Shown here piece after piece: positions 1 through 8,770 of a stretch of 64,000 nucleotides of DNA. Made by a program: the position numbers and the translations under genes. The first letter of the stretch is position 1. Every line of letters starts with the position of its first letter. This DNA comes from a virus (lineage: Duplodnaviria > Heunggongvirae > Uroviricota > Caudoviricetes). The stretch lies in IMG/VR virus record IMGVR_UViG_2974602345_000001, positions 77,332 to 141,331 of that record; one strand, given 5' to 3'. The notes beneath the pieces were generated by a model. It did no database searches, was not told the origin of the DNA, and was given only the letters and a program-made list of their open reading frames with translations.

Positions 1-3000
1 AAGAGCGCAATGTTGTCCTTGGCGTACTCGAACTCTTTGTAAGTGAACACATCGGCAGTTGTGCCGGTGGTGACTGCGGTCATATCAGACCAAGTCTTCT
101 CACTCACTTCCTTCTCAGTGTTACCGGTGCGGTACATCACCTTCACGCCAGACTCTTGTGGCTGGTTCACGTCAACGTACAGTTTCAGTGAGTTCGCAGC
201 GTTCTTCAAGCCGACGATAGCAGTGACATAACGAGCGGCAGCATTACCACCAGTCGCCGCAGTTTCATCAAGAACGGCAGGGTTGTTGATGCGGTTGCTG
301 ATGCCAATTGCACCCACTCGGTTCAGGTCAATCACAGGCGACAGGTTGTCAACGAACGACACGATACCGCCGGTGATGATACCTGCAGGCTGAGTCAGCT
401 TATCAGCTGCATCAGTTGCGTTAGGGATCATGTGAACCACTGGCAACACGTTGTTGGCGCCTGGAGTAATGCTGTACTGGCTACCGATAAGGTAAGCAGT
501 CTCATTACCATTTAGCGACTTGCCTGTGACACCGCGATAGGTCCATGCAATGTCAGTCTGGTTGAACAGCAGGCTCTGGATGATCGGCTGCAGGTTGTTA
601 ACCATGATGTTTTGCTCAGACGTGATAGTTGCACCGCCGAACGAACCAGAAGCGTTAGCATTGGTTGTTGTGCGGAAGGTCAGCACGTCAGGGCCTACAA
701 CGGTGTTCACTGTTTGCACTGCGTTCAGCTCAGTAAGCGGAATACCAGGAGCAACGCCCACGCCACTCAGGGTGAACTTCGAGCCTACCACAAACCCGTG
801 GTTTGGCAATTGCATTGTGATTACGTTGCTGCCTGATACTGAGCTCAACGGGTTGTTCGCCAGTTGTACTGATGCAGGAGCATCAAACACGAGGCCTGCG
901 TTACCAACAGCATTGGTCGTGAACTTGGCAGTGTTGATCTTGAACTTCATGTCAGAAGCCTGATCTTCTGTCCAGGTCGAGTTGTTCTGCGACTTGAACA
1001 GCACGCCAATGAACGGCTGCTTGGTGATAGCGCTGTTGGTAGTCAGCGAAGGACGACCCATGGTAGCAATGAACGCTTCGTAGTTGTTGCTGTTCGACAT
1101 CAGAACGAAGCAGTACTCGTTACCATCTGCCAGGTACACAGGGCTTTCCATTTTGAACTTGGTCGACACAGTACCGTTCACAGAGGTGTTAACCTCGCTA
1201 GGGTTCAGAGTAACCGAGCTGTATGGAACGATGTTCTTGCCTGGTACGCCCGCTTCCATATCGCGAATCTGAATCGAGACTGGCATCACTTTGTCTTTCG
1301 ACTTGAAGTACACTTCAATGCTGGTCACGAACACACCGCCCGACTGTTCAACGAAGAACGACTGCGCCAGTGGGTCCCAAGGCACAACCTTGGTGTTCGT
1401 GGTCTGGGTGATAGTGGTAGTAGTAACCACAGTCTGCGCCAGCTGGTTCAGCGTACCCTTCGCGGTGTAGTTGGCACCGGCGTAGGACAGCGAAGTCTCA
1501 CGAACGTTGCTCACAGAGTCGATCAGAGTGAACTGCTTGGTACCAGTGCGGAAGCGCAGAGCGGTAGTGTTCGGGATGCGGAACACGCCCGAAATGTTAC
1601 CGTTCACGTCAGCGAACATAGGTGCACCGAACGCCTGAGTACCCGACTTGCAGTAGGCGCTAACGTTCACGTCGTCGAAGAACGCATAGCAGCGGCTGTA
1701 CGGCATCAGGCCCTTACCCACAAACTCAACATCGCGTGCACGCATGTACGGGATGTCAGCGGTGCCTACCTGAGTAGTCACGGTGTTTGTGGTAGTGGTC
1801 ACCACGTTGTTGGTAGTGGTAGTGATCTTCTGACCAACCTGGTCGTGCTTAACGCTTGCGCCAGTTGTGTTGGTGTACGCCACACCCTTGTAATACTGCA
1901 CATAGGTGGTCTGCGGAGTAGTGTTGGCCCAGGTACCCACAGTCTGGCTGATAGCGTTGTTTGCAACCACTGCGCTGTCGAACCATACGTCACTGCTTGG
2001 GTTCAGGGTCAGGTTACCGTTCCAGCGATACACAGCATACGGGTTCACGTTGAGGCTGTCTGACGCAAGCATCTGCGACAGGAAAGTGCGCTCAGTGAAC
2101 GGCAGGGTGACCAGGGAACCAGTCTTCACTACACCAGTCGAGTACGACGAGTTCAACTTCAGGCCAACGAAGCCCGCTGCCAGTTCAGGCTGCATGATGC
2201 TGTCGTCGATCGACGCTTTGAAGTCTGGCGAGGTAACGTTCGACGCAGTGTAGTCAGTGAACGGGTCAGTCAAGAAACCGTTTTTGAAGCGGTTCAGGCC
2301 AGTAGTGCTGTCCACAATCTGCATTGCGTTGGTTTCGTTCTCAAGCAGCGACAGAGTCGTGTAGTACTCGATGTTCGCAATGCGCTCTTCCAGCTTACCG
2401 ATATCGCGCATCGTGTAACGGCGGTTGTTGATGAAGATCGCCTGAATGTCTGAAACCTGGCGAGTGTAAGCTGGTACAATCAGCTTGTACAGGACCATGG
2501 TGTTATCAGGGGCCTCAGGTTCAGCTGGGGTCAGCGCTGCAACGCCCTTCACGACACCGAACACGCCGGTAGAGTCAACGTACACCTTGTCGACGCGAGG
2601 CATGTAGTGGTCCAGACTCACGTTCACCAGGCGGACTGCGGACGGAACCTCAGTGATAGACGCACCAGTACCAGTGAAGTCAGTACCAGCGTCGTTCAGC
2701 CGTGGACGGAAGTCGAGGACGTCAGACATGCTGACCGAAACGCCGTTGTTGGTTTCAGTTGGAATGTCCTTGTAGTCGATCGAACTGTACGAGTCAACCG
2801 AGAAGAAGTCACCAGCACCGTGAACGAAGTACTCGAAGTTGAACGTCACGTCAGCTGCCGGAACAGCTTCACCCGCGTTCAGCTGAGCGAACGACACACC
2901 GTAGTACTCCTGGTTGATGTTGGAGTTCAGCGTGTACTTCGAGGTAACGTCGACGCCAGCCTCAGTAACAGAGGTGATTTTGTAAACGTCAGCTTTGTCT

Positions 3001-4814
3001 AGGATAACCTTGCCGCTAGCAGCCTGTGCAGCGGTGCGAGTAACAGACCCAACCGCTTTGGTTTTGGTCTTCTGCTGTGCTTGCTGCTTGGTAACCTCAG
3101 TGTCGATAGTCACGATCTGGTTTGCAACAGATGCACCGAACGCGATGGTCATGGTAGACCCGACAGGTACGCCACCGAGTGTCGAAATGCTGGCAATCTC
3201 ACGAGTGGTACCCGTGCCGCCCACGACATACGATGCAACACCACCAGTCGCGGTTGGCTGTACGAACACTTCGTTCGAGCCTGCAGTCAGGACCACGTTA
3301 CCAGATGAATCGGCAGTTGCAGTGAACTGGCGAATGACGGTGAACGATGTATCCGACACACCTGCATCAAGCAGAGTCTTTACGTTTGTGATCGGCAGTT
3401 TGACAACCAGGCCGTGGTTGATCGAGTCAATCAGCTCAGACTTGACCAGGGCGGTGGTTGCTGGGGAACCTGCCATGTAGATCGATTTGGCGTTGACGAT
3501 GAAGCTGGTGTCAGTGGACCCAGACGCAGAGCGCACGTCAAACAGAAGTACAATCAACCGACCAGCAGTTGCAGTCGGCATTGTGTAACGAACTCGTGCT
3601 GTACCGAGGACAGTACCAGCAGGGATCGCACCAGGTGAGGCAGGCAGGCCCGAGTAGAAAGTGATCTTCTGGAACGACGCACTCTTTGGCAGAACGTTCA
3701 TCGACTCTACTGCGATGTAGTTACCGATAGGAGTGACGAACGAGTTGTTCCGGATGTGGCCAGTGTCACGCGCTTTGTCAACGTCGATGTACAGGGTGGA
3801 GAAGTTCTCAACCTCATAACCGCGCACATACGCTTTACCAGGCTCAACGCCCACAACGAACTTCTCTTCCTTACCATCAGGAGCAGGGTAGAGCCCGCCG
3901 TTGCCGTTTGCGTTCAGGTGTTCGCGCAGGTTGATGTTGAACGCTTCAACTGTGTAGTCACCGGACTCGTCATAAGTACGGCGGGCCATGGTGTCAGCCA
4001 ACACGTTGTAGGTCGGGTTCTCAACCTTGCTCAGGAAGCGACCATCACGGAACTGGGCCAGCTCAATGAACGTTTCACGGTCAAAGACTTCATCAATGCC
4101 ACGAACTTCGAGGACCAGTTCCTTCTTGAGTCGGTCAGCACCAATGGCGTTCTTGTTGCCAACGTCAACCAAAGACGCATCACGAGTCCAGTCAACGATA
4201 CTTTCGTTCAAGCGGAACCCGACTACCACAGACGGTTTCGAGGAATACTTGGCCAGCAGCGCACGTTGAGCATCAGTGCGAATGAAGTCACCGTTCAGGT
4301 AGAAGATCCCTGCTTCGATAGTGAAGACAGAGCCCTGACCAGTGCCAATGACAGTTGCTTGTGCGAAGTCGGTGTTATTGTAGCTGAAGTTAACCACTTC
4401 GCCGTCAACGAAGCGCGACTCGCCCGATGTACCACTCGACTCGTACTTGAGGTACAGAGTGACTGGGTCAGTGGCGTTGTCAGCCACGTGCTGTACGATG
4501 TTGGCAACTACGCCCGACGTAACACCAGTGAGGTTGACAGTGTTGGTCTGCAGGATCTCATTGACGGCTTGGTAGTCAATGTTACCCAGCGTGACGTATT
4601 CGTAGTTGAAGTCGTAGTTGGTCTCGCCTGGGATTACCATCGAACCGTTTTTGAAGACATGACTACCGAAGCGCTCGATCTGCTTCTGCAGCATCGTTTG
4701 CATCTGGTTCAGCTCACGTACCTGCACGCCAACACGAGGCTTGAACAAGATCTTGTGGTAGTTCTTGTTCTCGTCGTAATCGTCGTAGTACGGCGCAAAC
4801 GTTGTATTAACCAT
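1..4814 (-). CDS. Giant virion structural protein, partial. More than 1600 aa, with the C-terminus beyond the window start. Putative tail-fibre or baseplate-attached fibre protein located downstream of gp8.
   Basis: An ATG at 4814..4812 (reverse complement MVNTTFAPYYDDYDENKNYHKILFKPRVGVQ...) opens a frame that stays open to the window edge. The track omits it because no stop lies inside the window. Composition is rich in T, S, G, N and V, as in fibre proteins. The gene sits directly after gp8, and a TATAAATA late-promoter motif lies 33 nt upstream. Confidence 0.5.
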   Translation of the reverse strand, partial: MVNTTFAPYYDDYDENKNYHKILFKPRVGVQVRELNQMQTMLQKQIERFGSHVFKNGSMVIPGETNYDFNYEYVTLGNIDYQAVNEILQTNTVNLTGVTSGVVANIVQHVADNATDPVTLYLKYESSGTSGESRFVDGEVVNFSYNNTDFAQATVIGTGQGSVFTIEAGIFYLNGDFIRTDAQRALLAKYSSKPSVVVGFRLNESIVDWTRDASLVDVGNKNAIGADRLKKELVLEVRGIDEVFDRETFIELAQFRDGRFLSKVENPTYNVLADTMARRTYDESGDYTVEAFNINLREHLNANGNGGLYPAPDGKEEKFVVGVEPGKAYVRGYEVENFSTLYIDVDKARDTGHIRNNSFVTPIGNYIAVESMNVLPKSASFQKITFYSGLPASPGAIPAGTVLGTARVRYTMPTATAGRLIVLLFDVRSASGSTDTSFIVNAKSIYMAGSPATTALVKSELIDSINHGLVVKLPITNVKTLLDAGVSDTSFTVIRQFTATADSSGNVVLTAGSNEVFVQPTATGGVASYVVGGTGTTREIASISTLGGVPVGSTMTIAFGASVANQIVTIDTEVTKQQAQQKTKTKAVGSVTRTAAQAASGKVILDKADVYKITSVTEAGVDVTSKYTLNSNINQEYYGVSFAQLNAGEAVPAADVTFNFEYFVHGAGDFFSVDSYSSIDYKDIPTETNNGVSVSMSDVLDFRPRLNDAGTDFTGTGASITEVPSAVRLVNVSLDHYMPRVDKVYVDSTGVFGVVKGVAALTPAEPEAPDNTMVLYKLIVPAYTRQVSDIQAIFINNRRYTMRDIGKLEERIANIEYYTTLSLLENETNAMQIVDSTTGLNRFKNGFLTDPFTDYTASNVTSPDFKASIDDSIMQPELAAGFVGLKLNSSYSTGVVKTGSLVTLPFTERTFLSQMLASDSLNVNPYAVYRWNGNLTLNPSSDVWFDSAVVANNAISQTVGTWANTTPQTTYVQYYKGVAYTNTTGASVKHDQVGQKITTTTNNVVTTTTNTVTTQVGTADIPYMRARDVEFVGKGLMPYSRCYAFFDDVNVSAYCKSGTQAFGAPMFADVNGNISGVFRIPNTTALRFRTGTKQFTLIDSVSNVRETSLSYAGANYTAKGTLNQLAQTVVTTTTITQTTNTKVVPWDPLAQSFFVEQSGGVFVTSIEVYFKSKDKVMPVSIQIRDMEAGVPGKNIVPYSSVTLNPSEVNTSVNGTVSTKFKMESPVYLADGNEYCFVLMSNSNNYEAFIATMGRPSLTTNSAITKQPFIGVLFKSQNNSTWTEDQASDMKFKINTAKFTTNAVGNAGLVFDAPASVQLANNPLSSVSGSNVITMQLPNHGFVVGSKFTLSGVGVAPGIPLTELNAVQTVNTVVGPDVLTFRTTTNANASGSFGGATITSEQNIMVNNLQPIIQSLLFNQTDIAWTYRGVTGKSLNGNETAYLIGSQYSITPGANNVLPVVHMIPNATDAADKLTQPAGIITGGIVSFVDNLSPVIDLNRVGAIGISNRINNPAVLDETAATGGNAAARYVTAIVGLKNAANSLKLYVDVNQPQESGVKVMYRTGNTEKEVSEKTWSDMTAVTTGTTADVFTYKEFEYAKDNIAL

Positions 4815-4846
4815 ATTGAGTTCTCTTAAAAAGGACTACATGAGGT

Positions 4847-4856
4847 ATATTTATAA
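4847..4856 (-). promoter_or_regulatory. T4-type late promoter motif (TATAAATA on the minus strand) upstream of the giant structural gene
   Basis: The plus strand reads tatttata, so the minus strand reads TATAAATA, about 33 nt upstream of the ATG at 4814. This is an exact match to the T4 late-promoter consensus. Confidence 0.5.
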
Positions 4857-4887
4857 GGTGGTGCTCCCTAATCAAGAAGCACCACCA
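4857..4887 (-). terminator. Stem-loop downstream of the gp8 stop (GGTGGTGCT-loop-AGCACCACC)
   Basis: A 9-bp inverted repeat with an 11-nt loop lies between the gp8 stop and the late promoter of the next gene. The U-run is weak, so it could act as a terminator or as an RNA-stability element. Confidence 0.35.
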
Positions 4888-4892
4888 TGGCA

Positions 4893-6206
4893 TTAGAAGC
4901 CTACCAAGAACCGAATCTCTTCGGACTGGGTGTCGTTTCGAGTGATTCGCTCGCGGTTCGAGATGTACATGAACTCACCGGTGCGAGGGATGATGTCTTC
5001 TGCAGGTGCAACGGCAGCAACGAGCGGCAGGTTGGTGTTGTTATCAGCGCGCTCAACCTCAGCTTCAGCTTCACCGCTTCGGACAATCTCAGACTGCAAG
5101 AACAGCCCGACTACACTGTCAACCCAGATAGTGCGACCGTTGTCATCCAAGAGGCGGATGTTACCCACTGCACCCGTAGTATCACCGACAATGGACTGAC
5201 CTTCTTCAAACCCGTCAGTGGACGCTACAGTCAGACGAGTACCTTGGTCGGTGCTCATAGGCTTGTAGATCACACCCGCTTGGCGGAACGTGGTAGATGG
5301 GAAAGCACCACCTTCACGACCGTTCAAGCTCATCTTGATCATCTTGTTCACACCGCCCAACTCCAGCTGAGCATTCTTGCCATGACCACCTACAGGTGAA
5401 AGAATGGCAGTAGCTGTTGCACCAGCGCCCGCACCTGTGTTGATGAAACTGACAGTTGCGGTCGAGTAACCCGACCCGGGGTTTGTGATCATAACCCGTG
5501 ACAGGGAACCTGAGATAGGGTTCACAACGGCAGTGGCAGTGGCGCCTACACCATCCCCTGTGATTACGACAATTGGCGGTGTCAGTGGGTTGAAGCCCAC
5601 CCCCACGGTATCGAGTACGATGTTGTGGATACCGCCGTCAATCGCGTTCTCTTGCACCTGCCACTGAGACGAGCCATCGTTTGCAGTGATGGTGTATACA
5701 GGCATCCAGTCTTGGGTCAAGAAGCTGAACACGTCAGTAGAACGGATGGTGTACATGTACTTCCAGATGTACCCGTCCGGAGTCATGAACTCAGTGATCT
5801 GCTGAGACGTCGGCTTGGTTGACGAGATAGCACCGTTGTTGTTCGAAAGGCACTTGTAGACGTTGAACTCGTCGGTCAGCACATAGAAGCGATAGCGAGC
5901 ACCGTTAGGCTTGCGGTCGTCAACCATGTTCTTGCGGTGATCGTATGCATCGTACACAGAGCTCGGCAGCCAGTTGATTCGCATCACCACAGAGGTCAGC
6001 ATATCACCGGTGATCCGTTTTGCAGCAAGCAGGTCTTTGTGCATCTGCGCCAGTGCTTGAGCGCTCTCAGATGGAGCGTCAGGGAGTTCTTCATCAGCCC
6101 ACGGAGTCTCCTTACCGATGTAGATGTAGGTGGGCTGTTCGGTAATTCGCTTTGCAAAGGTCTCGGAGTTCAAGATGCGAAGCGAGTTGGTGATGATGCT
6201 TGACAT
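4893..6206 (-). CDS. Baseplate wedge subunit, gp8-like
   Basis: Three stretches align with T4 gp8. The N-terminal YIYIGKETPWADE matches gp8 FITFGRSEPWSSNE. The central GYIWKYMYTI matches GYVWEYLFEI. The C-terminal EFMYISNRERI...EEIRFLVGF matches EMIYMENRPPI...EEINILFTF. Confidence 0.7.
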   Translation of the reverse strand: MSSIITNSLRILNSETFAKRITEQPTYIYIGKETPWADEELPDAPSESAQALAQMHKDLLAAKRITGDMLTSVVMRINWLPSSVYDAYDHRKNMVDDRKPNGARYRFYVLTDEFNVYKCLSNNNGAISSTKPTSQQITEFMTPDGYIWKYMYTIRSTDVFSFLTQDWMPVYTITANDGSSQWQVQENAIDGGIHNIVLDTVGVGFNPLTPPIVVITGDGVGATATAVVNPISGSLSRVMITNPGSGYSTATVSFINTGAGAGATATAILSPVGGHGKNAQLELGGVNKMIKMSLNGREGGAFPSTTFRQAGVIYKPMSTDQGTRLTVASTDGFEEGQSIVGDTTGAVGNIRLLDDNGRTIWVDSVVGLFLQSEIVRSGEAEAEVERADNNTNLPLVAAVAPAEDIIPRTGEFMYISNRERITRNDTQSEEIRFLVGF

Positions 6207-6225
6207 TCAGTCGAACCTCTATAAT
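6199..6225 (+). promoter_or_regulatory. Sigma70-like early promoter: TTGACA, 15-nt spacer, TATAAT, reading rightward
   Basis: Perfect -35 and -10 hexamers overlap the start of the gp8 gene and point toward the plus-strand gene block that begins near 6471. Confidence 0.4.
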
Positions 6226-6242
6226 GTATGTTCTATCACCCT

Positions 6243-6250
6243 ATTTATAC
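6243..6250 (-). promoter_or_regulatory. T4-type late promoter TATAAATA (minus strand) upstream of gp8
   Basis: The plus strand reads tatttata, so the minus strand reads TATAAATA, 37 nt upstream of the gp8 ATG at 6206. Confidence 0.55.
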
Positions 6251-6425
6251 TGTTCACACCTCTACACAGCCTTTCAAACCCTTATAACAACTTGTATCTT
6301 AATAACTTATTACTATTATACAATTCATCAAAACCAACTATAATACGTTGAAGACGTCGACGAGACGAAGAGAACAAAGAAGGCTGTAAAGGGGTTTACA
6401 ACCAGTTAAAAGGTTGTTAATATGC

Positions 6426-6448
6426 AGTCATACACACACACACACAAA
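6426..6448. repeat. (CA)n dinucleotide microsatellite
   Basis: The sequence catacacacacacacacaaaca lies in the intergenic leader. Confidence 0.6.
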
Positions 6449-6470
6449 CATCGTGAGCAGGACAATCATC

Positions 6471-6671
6471 ATGACCTTTGCAATGGCACTCTTCTTAGCA
6501 CTCACTGGAATCGGCTTCTGGGTATGGGCTATCGGATCCCTGTGCCTCTTCTGCGGTCGGTTGTTCAACCGTAGCTTTGCAAAGCATGCCCGGTACAGCG
6601 TCCTGTTCATGGCGTTCCTTCTGCCAGTCATTGGCCTGGCGATTACCTCCTATGTAACCAAGGTGAGTTGA
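6471..6671 (+). CDS. Small membrane protein (66 aa, two predicted TM helices)
   Basis: An internal ATG is preceded by an AGGA ribosome-binding site. The protein is hydrophobic (MTFAMALFLALTGIGFWVWAIGSLCLFCG...). Its stop overlaps the start of the next gene (TGATG). Confidence 0.4.
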   Translation: MTFAMALFLALTGIGFWVWAIGSLCLFCGRLFNRSFAKHARYSVLFMAFLLPVIGLAITSYVTKVS

Positions 6672-7162
6672 TGATCTATGTTATGAGGGGCACGAATGCC
6701 TCTGGTAAGGACACGTTCGTCAAGAAGCACTTCATGCCGCACACGGTCTTGTCAAGTGACCAGTTGCGGCTTCAGCTGTTTGACAACGTCTGCGAACAGC
6801 GTAACAGTGAAGTGGTGTTCGACATGCTCAAACAGATGCTTGAGCTGCGCCTTCGTTATGGCGTTGCGTACACAGTCATGAACGCAACACACCTGCGCTA
6901 TGCTGACGTTGAGCCGTATGTGCAGCTGGCTCGCAAGTTCGGTCGTGAAGTGACTGTCATCAGCATTGACCCTCCGCCTATCGAAGAACTGGTGCGGCGT
7001 TCGAAGCTGTACCCAGCGGGCGCCAAAACGTCGATTGAGACGCTCACCCGGCACGTCAACCGGTACCACAACAGCTTGCCAAGGTTTGAAGAGGTGGCGA
7101 ACGAGTGCTGGGACTTCAACCTCAAACGTCTCAACCAGGACCTGGAGGTCATCAATGTCTGA
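6671..7162 (+). CDS. P-loop NTPase, putative polynucleotide 5'-kinase (Pnk kinase-domain-like)
   Basis: A Walker A motif (GTNASGKDT) sits at the N-terminus. The protein is about 160 aa, the size of the T4 Pnk kinase domain. Its stop overlaps the start of the downstream phosphatase (ATGTCTGA). Confidence 0.5.
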   Translation: MIYVMRGTNASGKDTFVKKHFMPHTVLSSDQLRLQLFDNVCEQRNSEVVFDMLKQMLELRLRYGVAYTVMNATHLRYADVEPYVQLARKFGREVTVISIDPPPIEELVRRSKLYPAGAKTSIETLTRHVNRYHNSLPRFEEVANECWDFNLKRLNQDLEVINV

Positions 7163-7919
7163 ATACTCACCTTTGGCTGAACTCCAGGACAGCCATGTCA
7201 TCGACTTCGAGCCTCACTGTGAGTACTATGTCGTCGGTGACGTCCATGGTTGCCTTGACGAATACAAAGCGCTGTACAAGTTGCTTGATATGGATGCTAC
7301 CCGAAATGGTAAGTACCTGCGCGTGATCCAGCTGGGTGACATAATCGACCGAGGGCCGTATTTCAAGGAGATGTTCCTTGAAGACTATGCGTCTTACCGG
7401 ATCATGGGTAACCATGAATACAACTTCCTGATGGAGCACCTGGGTTATAAGGAGTGCCGCTCAGAAGCACGACGGCGCAACCTCGACCTGATGAAGTCCT
7501 TACCTGAGGATGAACAGCGCGGTATCTTGTTTGAGATCACTCAGCGCCCAGCCTACATGACGTTGAACGCCTACGGTACCCAGTTCGTGTTCAGCCATGC
7601 GCCTATTCAAGACATTGAAAGTGGCATATATAACGTCTGGAGGCAGGGTATCGGTAGTTTACCTGACTACTGTATGCGCTCCACTGACGTTGACATGGAC
7701 AAACTGCGCCGAAACATTGCAGGGTCTGTCACTTTCTTCCACGGACACCAAAGTTGGAGTTACCGGACAATTGAAGACCAAATTGCTGAGCAACGCCAAA
7801 ATATGGTACGTCTGTTCAACGTCGATTCTCGTTGCGTATACGGAGGGCATCTTGTCGCTGTGCGCCTTCGCGATAATCATGTCATCAGCGTGAAGTCGAA
7901 GGTATGTGTTGACAAGTAA
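7155..7919 (+). CDS. Calcineurin-like metallophosphoesterase (lambda-phosphatase / ApaH-like)
   Basis: Motifs GDVHG, GDIIDRG and GNHE occur in canonical order. Translation is coupled to the upstream kinase. Confidence 0.6.
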   Translation: MSEYSPLAELQDSHVIDFEPHCEYYVVGDVHGCLDEYKALYKLLDMDATRNGKYLRVIQLGDIIDRGPYFKEMFLEDYASYRIMGNHEYNFLMEHLGYKECRSEARRRNLDLMKSLPEDEQRGILFEITQRPAYMTLNAYGTQFVFSHAPIQDIESGIYNVWRQGIGSLPDYCMRSTDVDMDKLRRNIAGSVTFFHGHQSWSYRTIEDQIAEQRQNMVRLFNVDSRCVYGGHLVAVRLRDNHVISVKSKVCVDK

Positions 7920-7984
7920 GACAAACCGTTTAAACTACCCGACCTGAAACAAACTAAACTTTCTAAACCCTGGAGTAAGTGTAT

Positions 7985-8698
7985 ATGAGCAACACCAACG
8001 AAGTTCGTCTGAGCAAAGAGACCATTGATATTCTCAAGGGTGTATATGCAATCAACCAGACCCTGAAGATCGTCGGCGGCAAGGCTGAGATCCGCTCAGT
8101 GAACGATGTCAAGACCATCGCAATGCAGACCCCGATCGCCGAGACCCTGCCGCGCACCTTCTGCATCTACGATGTGCGTGAGTTCATCGGTGTGGTGGGG
8201 ATCATCAACAACCCAGTCCTGGACTTCTCGAACGAAAAGTTCGTACTCATCAAGTCGGAAGACGGCAGCCAAAAGCTGAAGTACGTTGACGGTGCAGAGA
8301 ACCTCATCAACTCCTACTTCGAGAAGGACTTCAAGCTGCCGAGCGAAGACCTGGTTGTCGAAGTCAAGGCCCAGCAGCTGAAAGCTGTCATGAACGCCGC
8401 TACCACTCTGAAGCTGGACTGGATCGGCTTCAAGTCCGATGGTGAGGGCAAAGTGGTCCTGACTGCGTTCGACCGCAACAACGGTTCGGGCAACGACACC
8501 AACGGCTTCTCGATCGAAGTCGGTGACACCACTGACACCTTCGACATGTTCTACAAGACCGACAACCTGGCTGTACTGGATGGTGACTGCAAGTTCACCA
8601 TCAGCGCTCGCAAGGTATCTCAGGTCATCAACGGTGGCAAGACCTTCTTCATGGCACTGAGCGCTGACAGCACCGGCACCTTCGCGCCGAAGCCGTAA
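7985..8698 (+). CDS. 45: Sliding clamp, gp45
   Basis: Length and alignment match T4 gp45 throughout, from the N-terminal SKETIDILKGVYAINQ to the C-terminal FFMALSADSTGTF region. An RBS sits 9 nt upstream of the ATG at 7985. Confidence 0.8.
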   Translation: MSNTNEVRLSKETIDILKGVYAINQTLKIVGGKAEIRSVNDVKTIAMQTPIAETLPRTFCIYDVREFIGVVGIINNPVLDFSNEKFVLIKSEDGSQKLKYVDGAENLINSYFEKDFKLPSEDLVVEVKAQQLKAVMNAATTLKLDWIGFKSDGEGKVVLTAFDRNNGSGNDTNGFSIEVGDTTDTFDMFYKTDNLAVLDGDCKFTISARKVSQVINGGKTFFMALSADSTGTFAPKP

Positions 8699-8711
8699 TC
8701 AGCTGGTACAC

Positions 8712-8745
8712 CAGGGTGCGCTTTGACAGGCACCCTTTCCTTATT
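8712..8745 (+). terminator. Intrinsic terminator after gp45 (AGGGTGC-loop-GCACCCT followed by a T-rich run)
   Basis: A 7-bp stem is followed by TTCCTTATTAT. Confidence 0.4.
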
Positions 8746-8770
8746 ATGAACCGTGGAGACCTTTTGAGTT

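Noticed and set aside
3756-4829. A 357-aa plus-strand ORF, and other plus-strand ORFs between 43 and 4829
   Set aside because: They are antisense to the long minus-strand structural gene, which has a late promoter, a start codon and fibre-like composition. The translations are low-complexity (V/N/T/R-rich) with no motifs. These are shadow ORFs of a GC-rich coding region.
4887-6203. Plus-strand ORFs (170 aa and others) overlapping gp8
   Set aside because: They are antisense to a gene with clear T4 gp8 similarity. No ribosome-binding site was found.
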